Positions 47,701 to 63,075 of a stretch of 64,000 bases of DNA are shown one piece after another; positions within the stretch are counted from its first letter, which is position 1, and every line of letters starts with the position of its first letter. The DNA is from Moniliella sp. 'wahieum' (Eukaryota): assembly GCA_003971905.1 (NCBI GenBank), contig RSEE01000012.1:496001-560000 (forward strand), given 5' to 3'. Under the pieces are notes generated by a model. It saw nothing but the letters and a program-made list of their open reading frames with translations, was not told the origin of the DNA and made no database searches. The position numbers were made by a program, and so were the translations under genes.

Positions 47701-47912
47701 TGGGCCGTGCGGGCTGCCTGGACTGTGTTGCACCGGACGCTCGGACGGGCGGGAGAGGGCGAGGAGATGGTCAAATTCGTCGGGCGGCCGAGGGAGGCGG
47801 GAGGGGCGAGGCACAGTGAAGGAGCGCAGGCGGCCTCGGCCAGTGCCCGCCGCCATCGTCCGGACGGCCGAGAGGGGAGGGGGAGCGGCAGGTAGTGTGG
47901 TGGTGGCGGCAT
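44760..47912 (-). CDS. Long hypothetical Ser/Pro/Arg-rich protein, fragmented by frameshifts
   Basis: Chain of overlapping minus-strand ORFs (47107-47856, 46791-47126, 46184-46867, 45726-46613, 45230-45607). No domain recognised; both ends uncertain. Confidence 0.45.
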
Positions 47913-49329
47913 TGTTTCCAGGCCAAGGCAGGTGCTTGGATATGCATCGCTGGTTTCAGGGGTCTGGCCTGCTTGTTGTGCTATACGGGGATCATCGATC
48001 AGGGCCGAGTGGCCCACAGCGGGTGGAGGGGGGGGGCAGAGCCAGAGCCGCAGTGCCGGCGCCAGCAGAGCCTAGGCTCAGTGCGGCCAGGGCCGCCTAC
48101 TGCTATCGATCATCGATTATGCCCCCCTAGTGCCCCCGCCCACACCTTGGCAGTCCCGCCAGGTCCCGCCCACAGCGCCAGTGTCCCACACCGGTTCCCC
48201 ACATTTCGCGGTGCTGGGCTGCCCCGGCTCCATTGGCACCACACGCTCCACCCCGGCCTCCCTGCTTTCTGCTGCGTCGTTGGCCTCTCAGATCGCAGTT
48301 TCTCAGTACTCAGTGAGTACTCAGTTGCTGATCTCGCTCCCCCCACCCCTCACCGTCACGTGACCAGCCACTGAGCATCACTGGCTCGGCTTTTTGCTGT
48401 CTGCTCTGGCATCATGCATCACCTGCTCCACCGTCTATCTGCTGCACAGTTAGATGCATAGCATAGCTAGTTGATGAAGTTGACCGCGGGATCTGAGATC
48501 ATCGATCAGAGTGGATCAAGAATTTACATCATGTCCACTGATGCCACGTTCTCGGCCCCTCCATGACGCAGGCGATAGAGCTATCGGGATGGTAAGCCGT
48601 CGCACAGCTTTTGACCAAGCAAGAGTGCCATGGGGGGGGAGTCCTGAGGTGGGACCCACCCCTGTAGTTGAGGGATACAAACCCTTTTGGACGGGGCCAA
48701 TTGGAGCCACGTATGGTATGTCCGGCCTCAGGTCCTGGTCGAACCGAGCGGAGTGTATAGAGGCGAGGGAGAGACCATCTAGTTTGGGCGGCTTTGCCTG
48801 TGTACAAAAAGGAGCTCAGGCCCCTAGCATTAGGTAGAGCAGCATACGTAGGCTGTCCCCGTTGAAGGGGTCCAGGTAGTCCGGGGAAATGTAGGTCCCT
48901 TGATCGTTACCACAGTCGCTGCCTGTAATAGACTGAGTCTTCCTGACGAAGAGCAAGCGCTACTGAGAGTAACCGCGGCTTGCAGTGTAATCGAGACGTG
49001 AGTGGTAAATTTGTAAGGGTGGTAGAAGGTGGAGGGGAGAGAGAGAGGAATGGAAAGTTTGGATCAAGGACGGGTGGAAAAAGTGGATGGCATTTTCCTA
49101 ACACCGAGCCGCCTAAAGGGACAGCACTACATACGGAGGTGAAGTAAGACGTAGGATTGTGCGACATGGGGAGTACCGCAGCTCCCGGGGGCGTAGAGGA
49201 GGTGAGAGGGGACTCTTTAATGGTACAGAGCACCAGCGTAACCGGAACAATATCGACCGGGTCATGTTCCCCTGCTCCCTCGTCTCCGCGCCCCATGCTT
49301 GAGAGTCCTGGCATTCTAGTTATACGGAG

Positions 49330-49975
49330 GCAAGGTCCGACAAACGTGAGTGCGATCCCTGCCAAATGGATGACCGGAAAGAAGACGAGCACTTTTGTAA
49401 TATACCACCGTGAGGGTCATGAGCACAGAAGCGCATCCTGATGAGAGTACAGAGAGAATAATGTTGATCTTGTCCATAGCGTTCTCCTGTTCTTTAACTC
49501 CTACAACACTGGTGCCGGGAATGCCCATTTCTCATCCATCATTCCAGAAAGGAAACTAGCTTGGACGGAGGCGAAGTTCTACTGTGTCCCGTTAGGGATT
49601 TCTTGGAGTAAACGTATTGAGCCACACATAAATTATCGTCGAAAGCCAAAGTGATCTCCCCTCGATCAAGGCTGTGGGTGAGCAGCACACGGCCAATGCA
49701 TATCAGCATGCTCCCGAGTGTGAACGGACAGAGGGAGAATCAAGTCTGGTATGTTAGCTAATACAAAACAACCCCGAGTAGGCTATAACGGTAAACAAGT
49801 GGGATAGAGTCAAAGCCTTCATCTCGTATTCACCACCATGGCAACCGTTGTTTTGGTATATTCCGCGGGAGATGGCAAAATTGCTCAAAGCATGGCCTAC
49901 TGCGGTAAAGACCGAAAACTTACCCACGTCGAGGATTCGAGATTCACACGGGGAGAAATTCAGAGGCCGGGACAC
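49330..49975 (-). pseudogene. Decayed triose-phosphate/SLC35E transporter family (SLY41-like) fragment
   Basis: FTAVGHALSNFAISR, KALTLSHLFTVIAYSGLF, SLCPFTLGSMLIC, VAQYVYSKK, MDKINIIL..SSGCASVLM resemble the family motifs GHIFSSMAISR, KALSPLFTV.AY, SLLPLTLGVMLAC, SQNIFFKK, LDKLNLL.YSSG. In-frame stops present. Confidence 0.65.
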
Positions 49976-50367
49976 GGTGCACAGTCGTTGGGTGTAGAAG
50001 AGTGGGAAGAGGATGCCCGAGCGGCGGCTGGTTTGGGGCAGGGACTGCGACTAGGTTCTGGCATGGTCATGTGATGCGTCACCGATGGTGGCATTGCGTG
50101 TCACTGTCACAGTGGCATGCCACACATGCCGTGACGCCCCCACTGCCCCCCTGCTGGTGTCGCGTGTTGGCTGGTCGCAGGCCACACTGGCGCTGAGGCG
50201 GAGCCAGAGGCCAGACCCAACTCCAGGAGAGCGTGGGTGACCGGTGAGGCTAATCCATGCGTTCGGTGCAAGTTTTTCGATGGATTGCAGAGCAAGGGTC
50301 GTCTCCCATACAGTCCAGACACGACCTTCAACACCAGCGGCGCCACCGACGTCCAACACACGAACGC

Positions 50368-51040
50368 ATGTCCGAGATTGACGACATCTTTGGCGGCGCA
50401 ACCACCATCCCCACGCCCAAGGATGCCCAGGGAGTAGCCTCCACCACCAAACCCAAGACAAATCCAAAGCCAAGGCCAAATCCAAATCCAGCTCCTAAGT
50501 CCCAGCAGGCTCAGGCCACCCCGGCCACGTCGGACCCCAGCGTGTCCAGCGGGCAGAAGCGAAAGCACACCGACGTCTCCCAACCGCCACCAGAGAAGGA
50601 TAACGAAGAGAGGAAATCGTCCAAGATCAAAAAGCCCAAGACCAAGAAAGCAGTAGAAGAGGTGGAGGATCCGAGTGCCGGTGTGGGCCTTGTCTCGGCC
50701 GCCGCTCCGACGCACGGGTGGCCGCTGCAGCGGCCCGCCTGGTCGCGCAGCACGATGCTGGGAATGGCAGTCGTGGACTGAAGAAGGGGCGGCCGTACAT
50801 TGCCCCTCCCGAGATGGACGACTCGGAAGCGGCGTTTGCCGACTCGCGCGGGCTGCGCGGCGGCGGGCGCAAGACCACTGCCGAGGGATGGTCCGTCTAC
50901 ACAGAGGAGGAATTGGGCATGGACAACCCCTACGCGGGCGAAACTGACCTGTGTCCTTTCGACTGCGACTGTTGTATGTTTCACTCACTGACTCTGTCTA
51001 CTTTGGCGCTGACCTTGTCCTCCCCTTTGCAGGTTTCTAA
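50368..51040 (+). CDS. DUF1764 family protein
   Basis: MSEIDDIFG...FADSRG...RKTTAEGWSVYTEEELGM...GETDLCPFDCDCCF, with a terminal intron 50974-51032. Confidence 0.9.
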
Positions 51041-51157
51041 ACATCCTACTTATACACACATGGCTTTGTTGGTCACAACTGTTTCCAATTGGTTTTAGCC
51101 CCACGTCGGAACCGAAGCAAACAGTGGGTAAAGAAGGGAGGGCGAGCATGAACAAAA

Positions 51158-53555
<2,398 letters not shown>

Positions 53556-54049
53556 CGTCGGCAGGCGCACGGGGGGCGGTGGAAGACGACACCAGGGGGA
53601 CAGAAACGCAGCGGCGCTGACTGCTCCCTCCCGCCGCCCCCCGCCGCACCTCCACGTAGCCAGTTCGGGCGCTGGGCCACGTACACTGCCCCTGTGCCCG
53701 ACCCTCACCCACCGTTCGGATGCTTGCCACCTCCAACAGCGGAATTGGGAATCAAAGCCGCCCATCGGTCACGTGCTAGGCGGTGGATGCATCTTCGTAG
53801 AATTTGGCAAAGTTAATATATAGCCTGCTTTTGGCCGCTTCGCCCATTGCATTGTGCAGATGCTCTCTGCTGTCCACAACCCAAGCCTAGCCAACACACC
53901 GCCACTACAAAGACACAGTTTGATGCAAGTAACCTACGCCAACCCTAAACAACATCTATGCAGAAAAACGGCTGACGCCGAGACTGTCACAGTCTTTTCG
54001 GGGGGCTATAGAAGGCCAGGGAGACCATGAGTCGATACAAGATCAAGGG

Positions 54050-55460
54050 ATATTGCAATCGTTCGTGGGGAAGCAGTAAGAGCAGAGGATATGGTGCCAA
54101 GTGGAAGAAACAGGGAAAGATCGAGACGCTCCGGACGAATAAATTGGAAATATGGGGGCGAGATCAGCCAAACTATGGCAGGTATAATATACGTCCTTTT
54201 TTTGGTCGGACGTGAGTGACATATGGATGTTAGGCGTGGGATTCAAGGTCGAATCCCGGCGCCCCTTCAATCACGTCGCTGTTGGGCGCCTATGGTGGGC
54301 GGTCCACCTTGCTTGTCTCCTTCAGAGCAGGCGATTTGTTTCAAACTCAATGTCCCCTTTCGATGGGGAGAAAACACGAGTTGCAGGGGCTGGCAGTCCT
54401 TAGCCACGACGGGAATGTTATGACAGACACAACGGGGAAGCGATGGCACCTGCTTGAAAGAGGGTTGGTGGTCTATACAATGACCCAATGGCCACACCCC
54501 CAAGGAGAATTGTCCTAGTTTTAGAGGTACTGTTGCGTAGTAAGGAACAAACTGTGGCGGTGGAAGACCCAAGTCAGAACTGAGCTGGCCACGAGGCCGG
54601 TTCTGGTTTTCTCTATGGTGGGCCGGCTACTAGATGCGAACATTCCCATCTGGTCACCACACTTCTAGGAAGGGGGTGGATAAATCGGGATAGCGTCCAC
54701 AATGTGGGTAAGAAGGAGTGCCATAATAGGTGGTGGAGGGAGTTGTGGAATTGAAAATGGCGAACAGATGGGTTCAGTTTTATTTGGTGAGACCAGTGGA
54801 ACCTTCGGTGTCCAGAAGAGCGTCCTTAGACCCTTGTGGTCCGAGTCGATACGGTAGGGTAGCATCTCTGACCGGAAGTGGGGGATGGAGCCCATGAATT
54901 TTCTCTGCAATCAATCATGTCCTATTGAAAGTGCAGTCAGCGGGGGACGGATGAAGCGGGGGTTTTGAGGTCCTAGAAGGAAGGATGAGGTGAATACCGG
55001 CTTGGAATTATCGTAATTGTACCCTTCTCACATACTTCAAGAGTGTGACCCCTCTAATTCGATTGGAATACTTGTATAATGTGGTGCGCAACCGCGCACA
55101 ACTTCAACCGTGGAAACAACGGTGTTTCGAAAAGTGTAGCAGGAGTCGCGAACGCAAGTGCGGCGTGGGTAGATGTTTTCTGCTTTGGTGCTCATTATGC
55201 TACTGACCTGCACCCGTACCCCCACAATAGTATAGTTCCGGGGCGCTTCAGAGCACAGCACAGGGCCGATGACGATCCTCGACCTGGTGCGCTCCAATCG
55301 GGCCATCCAGTTTCTCTTTGAACCACAGAGTTGAGGAGGAAGGAGAGGAACCGCGACCGATGAGGACGACCAAGCTCATGAGGGAGCTGTACGACCATCG
55401 AGTCGCTTTTGATGTATTTCCCACCTCCAAGAAAGTCAGTCATGTTTTCCATCAGTACGT
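54050..55460 (-). mobile_element. Heavily decayed Ty3/gypsy pol remnant (RT thumb/RNase H/integrase zinc finger)
   Basis: In expected order: RFLSFLLN, LERTRSRIVIGPVLCSEAPRNYTIV, HYTSIPIELEG, YRIDSDHKGLRTL (TDHK motif), LGH...VAKDCQPLQ. Confidence 0.5.
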
Positions 55461-55551
55461 TCACAGAGCCACGTGTGCAAGATATACCAACTTTTGATGA
55501 TCCGCCACATATCCCACGCCATCACTAGCTCGTCACTGCCATCCCATCCCG

Positions 55552-55602
55552 TCACATGTCACACGCCATCAAGCACATTGAAGCTTGAAGCTTGAAGCTC
55601 GA
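55552..55602. repeat. TNA/palindrome heptad arrays
   Basis: TCA CATG TCA (55552) and TGA AGCT TGA AGCT TGA AGCT CGA (55579-55602). Confidence 0.9.
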
Positions 55603-55880
55603 AGATCCCTATCAAGCTTTAAATTTAAGGCCTCCAAGATCGACATGATCGACATGATCACGGCCTCATTCACATGGCCTCCTCTACTTCTCTTGACAAG
55701 GAGCCCCTCTAAGAAGGAGCAATAAGACATGTGCAAAGCCTAATTGCATCACAAGAGTATAGGGCCTTCTGCAGGGGCCACAGCTCAGGAAAATGGTGCA
55801 CAACTGTACACTTGTCAGTTCACATGTGGTAATGTGTGTTGATATTGTTAATTTCCAAAGCTATTATGGGCCGCAAAAGG

Positions 55881-56663
55881 TTACATGGTCCCAGACAGAA
55901 CCATCCACACAGAGAATTGATCATCGAGACGTGGCATATAGCGCGGAGCAAAAAGAGAACGAGTGACAAGAAGGCCCGCTAGTAAAATTAAGCGCACATC
56001 ATGCACATCAGAGCGCAAAAAGGGCCGAGAAACGAGCAAAAGATGGGATTGGTTCCTTCTCTGGAAAAAGATCGACATGCAGAGTTTGAGGAGAGGAATC
56101 CAGGCGGGTGGTGCAAAACGAAGGACAGATACACGAAGGAGAGGTAACAAGGGGTCGGGCCAGAAAGGAGGGTATGCTGCTATAGAGGGCATGATTAAGA
56201 AAGAGCCTTGGGGTTGGTGTCTACCCCTACTGTTGGGCAGAGTCTTTGAGGGCTTGATGAAACTCGCGCTGTTGGGCGATCAGCTGAACTAAGGTCAGCT
56301 CTATACGCTGACAGTAAACGGAGAGACGGGAGACGTACCGTGGCATAGTTGATGATGCGCTCCTCCGACCGTCCGCGGGTCAAGGGTGGCTCGGGAGGAA
56401 GTTTCAGCACCTCCTCCCACGAAATGGGGGGGGGCGTCAAAGGCGACCTCGGCTTTGTTCAGGCCAAGGTCGTAGGCAGAGTCGCGCATGTCATACTGCC
56501 ATCGGAAGAGCGAGCGAAGCCTGGCGGGGCCCTTGGGACTCCAATCGTACGTGGGCTGGGCGAGGTTGAGGGCGTCACCGGGGTTGGGGACGTTGACCAG
56601 CATGCCGCGCGACGAGGCCATTGCGCCGGTAAGGGCGGAGAGCAGGAGCAGTGGCAGGCGCAT
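55881..56663 (-). CDS. Hypothetical protein with N-terminal signal peptide (3' end uncertain)
   Basis: MRLPLLLLSALTGAMA-SS signal-peptide pattern after a C/T-rich leader; GTACGT donor near 56338. Confidence 0.55.
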
Positions 56664-57018
56664 TCTTGGGGGGTTGGTAGGGGACGGTCGAGAGACGGAA
56701 ACGAAGGACGGTGGACGGGAGGCAAAGAGAGAACGGGCGAGGGAGAAGGCAGGGAGAGCGAGCGGCAACGGTGGTTAGGGGTGGGGGCGTGAAGCTGTAC
56801 ACAGTATACGGGTGAACTGGGGAGGGGCCGAGTGCTGCGAGGAGCTACCATATGCGCTGGCTATAACGATTCCGCAACGCTGCCCCACCTTGGTGCCTGG
56901 ATACTGGATGCATGTGGGCGGGTCAACTGGCGGGGGACGTGACAAAGAGAGCTGATGCTCAGCGCGGCCCAGCCTCAGTGCTGCCGCGCTTGCGCTCGCT
57001 CAGTACCTAGCGATGGGT

Positions 57019-57690
57019 TTGAAGCTTAACGCTTCCCGTGACCGCGTGACCGGTGACCCCCAGGATGCTTAGTGCGCAGTCTGAGATCTGAGACTCAGAT
57101 CCCAGATTTGAGAAGGCCGCGCTGCTGCTGTCCAACGCCCCCAGCCGCAAGCGAGCCCTTGAAACCGAAGATCCCTATATGGGACGGACGCCCGGACGAT
57201 CGGCGGCTGGGCAGAGTGTGAGACGAAGCACCCGAAGGCGTGTAGGATCTGGGATCTCGGATCTAGACCACCGGCTTTTTGCCAAGCTGAGCTACATGGG
57301 ATCGGCGGTCGATGTGCCGATGGAAGCGATGGACGGTACGTAGGTACCGGCTGCTTCCAACAGAGCCGTGGCATCGGTAACGCATAACGCGTGTGATTGT
57401 AACGTTGAACTGCAACTTTCAACGTTCAACGTATTCCACCCAACACCAACCATGCAACGCAACGCGTCACGCTTTGCCGCTGGAGTGTGAACACCCGGGT
57501 CTTTAATATTCACCCTCGATCTTCCTCAACGCGATCACCCACCGCTCGCTCCCCACGCAATCGCAATCATTAATATTGCATGCATTAATCACCACCCAAA
57601 TCTCACGTGTCACATGTCACAGGTCAAGTCGGCCACCTGGTGCCCCAATGGGCGGCGTGAGGCGTGAGGCCAGGCGTGAGGCGTCGCGCC
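57019..57690. repeat. Cluster of TNA/palindrome heptad arrays in a divergent promoter
   Basis: TGA AGCT TAA, TGA CCGG TGA (57047), TGA GATC TGA (57082), TCA ACGT TCA ACGT (57419-57432), TCA CGTG TCA CATG TCA CAGG TCA (57603-57626). Confidence 0.9.
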
Positions 57691-58007
57691 ACGCCTGCTG
57701 GATGTGGCAGGCATCCTACCAGTGGCTGCGTCGGCGCCCCCCCGGCCAATCTGAATCAGCAATCAACGTAATCATTAATCAACATGCAATCAGCCCAAGA
57801 CACATTCGGTGGCGTCGGCGCCAGAGACTGTCAGCGCGGGGGCAGTGTCGCGGCGTGCAGGCTTCGTACATGGCACACTGCTTGCGCACACTAGCACTGC
57901 CCTGGCGGCTGTGCTGCGCGCGGCAAGCGGCAAATTGGCGTGTTGCGTTGCCACTGCGTTGCAATTTCAGGCCACCACCTCCGGCAGCGCCGGCCGCTCA
58001 GCCCGCC

Positions 58008-60245
58008 ATGGCATCTCCCACGCCTGGACCCGGGCCTGGGTCCATCCTGCTCCCTCTCTCGCCGCCCCCACGCCACCCCGAGCACGAGTACTTCCCTCCC
58101 CCTCCCCCCCCCAAGGAGCCCCGCGTGCGCTCGCCTGCCCCGCTGCCCAACCGCCTCAGTGCCACCTACAGCCACCACCCACGCCTCCCGCGCCTCCGTC
58201 CTCACCACCGCCAGCGGCAGCGGCAGCGGCAGCACATCTACCGAATGGGAGGAGCACGCCGGGCGCGTCGAGATGCGGGGGCGCACGATTCAAGTGGTCG
58301 CGGATGCGTATGCCCGCGCAGGCACCGTTAGCCACCTCCTCATCCCGCGCACCGCTTCCCAAGTCGGGGCCTTCCTCGCCTCGATCCCGCTCCAGGCGCT
58401 GGAGGAGATGGATGTGTCGTACTGCCAGCTGAGCTCCTTCCCCTTCTCTTTCAGCACCAATTTGCGCGTGCTCAATGTCGAAGGAAACCCCTTAGGCGAC
58501 CCTCCGGCATGTCTGGCTGATCTCACCGCACTCACCACCCTGGTGTGGAGCAAGACTGGTGCACAGCACGTGCCCGACCTATCGCCGTTACGTGAACTCA
58601 CTACGCTTGCTCTTGCGGGCAACCAGCTGATTGAGCCCCCGAGGTGGATCCATCGTCTCCCGCGCCTCAATCACCTTCAGCTCGAGGACAACCCATTGAT
58701 CGATCCTTGGCGCGAACTCCTCTTCCCCTCCGCTTTTCAGTCTTCCCGTTCCTCCCGTCCCTCAGCTGGTGTCTCCACCTCTCCAGCTTCACCCCGCCCT
58801 TGGAGTCCACGCCTCTCCCACAGCCCCCGTCTTTCAGGCTTACCAATACGCACCTTTCCCCTCGACTGGACCGGTACAGGCTCTCCCGATCGCTCGCGCA
58901 GGCGATGGACTAAGTTCATGCGTCCCTCTTTCTCGGGTGAGGGAGAGATGTTGTCCGCACCTCATTCCCCACATTTGGAAGAGCCGCGACCGACGTTGGA
59001 TGTGAGTGGGCTGGATTCGGCATTGGAGATCCTTTCCAACGAGGAGGTGCCGCTGGCGGTGCTGCGCCAATATCTGCAGGACTTGGATGAACTCTGCTCC
59101 CCCCTCCCCCCCGGGCCTACCAGAGTTGAGACCGGTGTCCCCATGACGGGCTTAGGGCCGGCTATGGCGTCCCAATCTGCCGCGGGAGGGCGAGTGGAAG
59201 AGATACAGAGAACGGCTACGGATAACCCTTCTCGTCGCCAACAAATTCTCGCCGAGCTGCTTGACTCGGAGGAGCGGTACGTGCAAGGGCTGACAACGCT
59301 TGTTGACGTCTACATTTCTTCCCTCCGCGGCATCATTCCTCCCTCGCATGACCGTATTGTGTTCAGCAACGTCGAGTCGCTGTTGGCCTTCCATCGGGTC
59401 TTTCTCCCTTCTCTCCGCATCGCCAAGGATGGGGAAGGAGTGGGACGGGTATTTGTCGAGCACATGGCGTTCTTACGCCTGTATATCTACATCTACATTC
59501 TACGCGTCCCGAAGCAGCAGTTGTGCTGGAACAGTGGAACAAACCGCTCAAGAGGAAGAGTCTGCCTCGGGAGGAGAAAAAATCAGATTTGCCCTCAACG
59601 CAAAGGAAAGCGATCCAGCTGGCGCTCCGGCGTGCTGATGAGGACCCACGCACTTCCTCCCTTGGGTTGGGCAGCTACCTCTTACTTCCCGTTCAGAGGA
59701 TACCTCGCTACCGTCTTTTCCTCGAGGATTTGGTCCGATCTTCTGCCCCCGGCGCGTCCGGCGCGGGGGCGAGGCGCTTACCCAGCTTCTCCAGATGGCG
59801 GGGGGCATCAACGAGGCCCAAAAACGGGCCGAGATGGAGAGACAGCTGCACGCATGGGGGGACAAGCTGAGTGGATTGACATTGAACGTGCCCCACCGTC
59901 GGCTGTTGCGGGACGGGCAGTTGTGCCTGCAACACATCGTGCGTTTGGGCCAGTTTTATCTTACGCAGCAAAGTGAACTGGGCAAGGTGGATGTCCTGGA
60001 CGTGGAACGACCGGGGACGACAGTCACACTGCTCCTGTGCAGCGATACCATCGTTCTTGTCCTACCGCTGGGCGGGGGGGAAGACGCTTACTGCACAGCT
60101 GGATCTCTGTGACGCCAAGCTGGAGCGCGACACCCTCCGTCTCAGGGGCGAGAAAGCCATCTACTACCTTTCAGCGTCGTCCGAGGCCCTGGCAGAGGAG
60201 TGGGCGCGCGAAGTCCAAGATGCTTATTGGGCGTGGAGGGGGTGA
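58008..60245 (+). CDS. LRR + RhoGEF (DH) + PH domain protein
   Basis: LRRs LEEMDVSYCQL, LRVLNVEGNPL, LTTLALAGNQL, LNHLQLEDNPL; DH RQQILAELLDSEERYVQGL...VFSNVESLLAFH and YLLLPVQRIPRYRLFLEDL; PH RRLLRDGQL...LLLCSD...AEEWAREV. Confidence 0.9.
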
Positions 60246-60796
60246 GGGCGCGAGGGGTGTTATATACCATGTCTTGTACTTCTAGACGTCTGTGTGTATA
60301 TGCAGTGCATTGTATGCCTTGACAGAAACGTCAGGCAGCCTCAGAGCTTCCTTCGTGGAACCGCATAAACGACATGGACTGACTGTCCCTCCTCCCAAAT
60401 TCACATCGAACCGCCCGGCCAGACCAGCGTAGCTCGCACTTACGGCGGGTCTATGACAGAATCATCGGGGGAACCGGAGAGGCGCTGGGGTGCGGAGGAG
60501 TTGAGGCACTCGTCGGCCGTGAGGTTGAAGTGATCGCGGGGGCCGTACAGTACAAGTGAGCCTCACTTGCTTGAACGCGGAGTGGCGACCGGTATCAATA
60601 TCGTGCATCATACATCACGTGGCCACTGGACAGGCGACGGGGGATCGAGTGATCGCCTCCATGCTAAAAGCCACTAGTCTGCCAAAAGACGCAGCGGGCC
60701 AGTTTCTTCAGGAAGCCTGTCACACTGCCCCCACGTGGCGGACTAGTATATGTGCACTAGCAAGCGATCAAGAAGAGATCAATATTCAATGGTGGA

Positions 60797-60850
60797 TGAT
60801 CGATGATTGATGATTGATGACGCGGATGATGCATGATGCATGATGCATGA
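60797..60850. repeat. TNA/palindrome heptad array upstream of the LtrA-family gene
   Basis: TGA TCGA TGA TTGA TGA TTGA TGA CGCG GA TGA TGCA TGA TGCA TGA TGCA TGA. Confidence 0.9.
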
Positions 60851-61091
60851 CGATGGCCAACAATGGATGATGGATGATGCATTACTGGTTCCCCGCATCT
60901 GTGCTCCTGTGCCTGAACGCAGGGAGACCCCGGCGTGCAATGCCCAGTTCTTACATCATGCTTTGTCTATTTTCGCCCTAACAGGCATTCCCCGAGCTGG
61001 ACAATCGGATCCATTGATTCTATGTAACCCCCTTCCCGAATCGACAGTCCATCTCGCGTATCTGCCCCCTCCCACCATCGGCTTTCCGCAC

Positions 61092-63075
61092 ATGGGCGAC
61101 AGTAGGGACAGCGCCACCTCATCCCACAGTCCCGACGCCAAGGGAAAGGTGCCGGACCACACGACACATCCAGCAGTCATGCCCATGTCCACCATCTCAA
61201 GTTCGGCGCGATTCCAACCGCTGGCTTTGGCACGGTTGCCGATCTGGAGCGCGAACCCAGCCATGTCTCTCTCGAGCAGACTTGTGGAAGAAACAATGAT
61301 GGGGAGAGTACCAGAAAACGCGCAATGGTGCGCGACCGCGCTGTGGAGGTTCTCGATGCCGAGTCCCGCCGCATTCACGACAAGCGCCGCTATCTCTTCC
61401 GCAAACCACGGGCACTGCAGTATTTCCGAGGGAAGACCTTGATCCGGTCTGACGAAGAACGCTCCTCGTCCCGGTTGGAACTCTTTTTTGACCTCACCTT
61501 CGTCGGGCTGGTGAGCGTAGGGGGAGAGGAGGTGTCTGCCGACCCGGTCGGCTCGGCATTGGTCCGTTTCCTTCTCACTTTTGCCGCTGTTTTCCTTATT
61601 TGGTCCTGGATGCGGGAAATCTTTAATGCTTTTTACCGCGACGATCTTGAAAGCCGGGTGATGGTGTTGTTTGTTATGGCTTGCCTGATTGTTTTTGGAA
61701 ATAACTCGACCCATGTCGAGCTGCGCGAAGGCAAGGGCGGCAATGCACGCGCCGTGACCATTGCGTCCTACCTTCTTGCCGAACTGTGTATATTCTCTCA
61801 CTTTGTTTTCTACTCGTTTCACGTCAAGGCCTTCCGTATCCAGCTCCTTTCCCACTGCTGTATGGATTATTTCCTCTGGCATCTGGATCGGAGCCATCTT
61901 TGTCGATGAACGTGCGGCGGTAGCGATGGCGACTGTTGCCCTCGTTATCGAGTACGTGGGCTGGTTTACCGTCTATAGCCCCCCCTTCAAACGCTTGCTC
62001 AAGCTGCGTTACAGCTCCGCTACCAACATTGAGCATTCGCTGGAGCGGCATTCCGACTTCATCACCTTGGTTACGGGCGAATTTGTCGCGTCCGCTTTCA
62101 AGGGTCAACCGGCCGGGGTTGGGTTCCACGACCGTGCTGGACGTGCGATCATGTGCCTTATGGTAGCTTGGGCTTTCCAGCTGCTCTATATCAATGGCGG
62201 CGGGTCAATCAAGATCATTCACCCTATCCGTTACTCAGTCTACACTGTATTTATCTTTTCACTGCCCACATCCCCGTCGCCGCCCTCACCATTTGTGGTG
62301 ACGGGATGGGGGAGATGATCAAGGAGAGCCATGCGTCAACCGGACTTCGTTGGCTCGTGTGCGAGTCCTTCGCGGTTGCGATGCTGGGCATGTGGGTGCT
62401 GGCCATGATCGAGGTCGAGGAAGATGCGAAGGGGATACTCTGGATGCCCAAATGGCTACGCCTATTCCCCCGTCTCATCGCCATGACCGTCGCAGCCTTC
62501 CTTCCCTTTACTTATCAGCTCCCTGCCATGCCCGAGGAAGGCGAAGAACAACAGGAGCTGGAGCTCACCAGACTCGTTCGCCGCGCCCTTGAATCCATTC
62601 CAGGCGGTACTGACACCATTCAACATCACGGAGACGACCTTACCACCACCAAGTTGCTCGGCATCCTTACTGTCCTTTCTGTCTTCTGCTTAGTGTGGGA
62701 ACTGGTGGGCGCCCTGAACGGTCCTAATGCGCCTGATGAGTCGGCCCACCGCACCTAATTGACCTTGCCTCTAGCAAACTAGGGGATCGCCACACCACGG
62801 TCGCTGCGCTTCAGACACCGAAATGGAAGGGCGTACCAACTGTTTTGGAACCAGGTTTGTTCCACTTTGACTATTCTCGTCAGCGCGGGCCTGCGCCACT
62901 TGCGGACGAGGCCGAAGCGTCGCGACAAGAAGATGCGCTCCAGCATCAAGCCCCTAGCCGAACGTCATTTCATTCGGCGCCCCCGGCCCCGCTTTCCTCC
63001 GAGCTGCCCAAGCCTTCGAAGCAAACGTCAGGCGAAGGTGTTGAGAACGCCGCGTCCGAAACTTCCGAGTGGTAG
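61092..63075 (+). CDS. Low temperature requirement A (LtrA)-family multi-pass membrane protein
   Basis: PRALQYF, ERSSSRLELFFDLTFVG, NAFYRDD..SR, NIEHSLERHSDFITLVTGE; multiple hydrophobic segments. Confidence 0.88.

Noticed and set aside
61092..63075. LtrA-family gene as a bacterial horizontal transfer
   Set aside because: LtrA-family proteins are widespread in fungi, and this one has fungal-type extensions.
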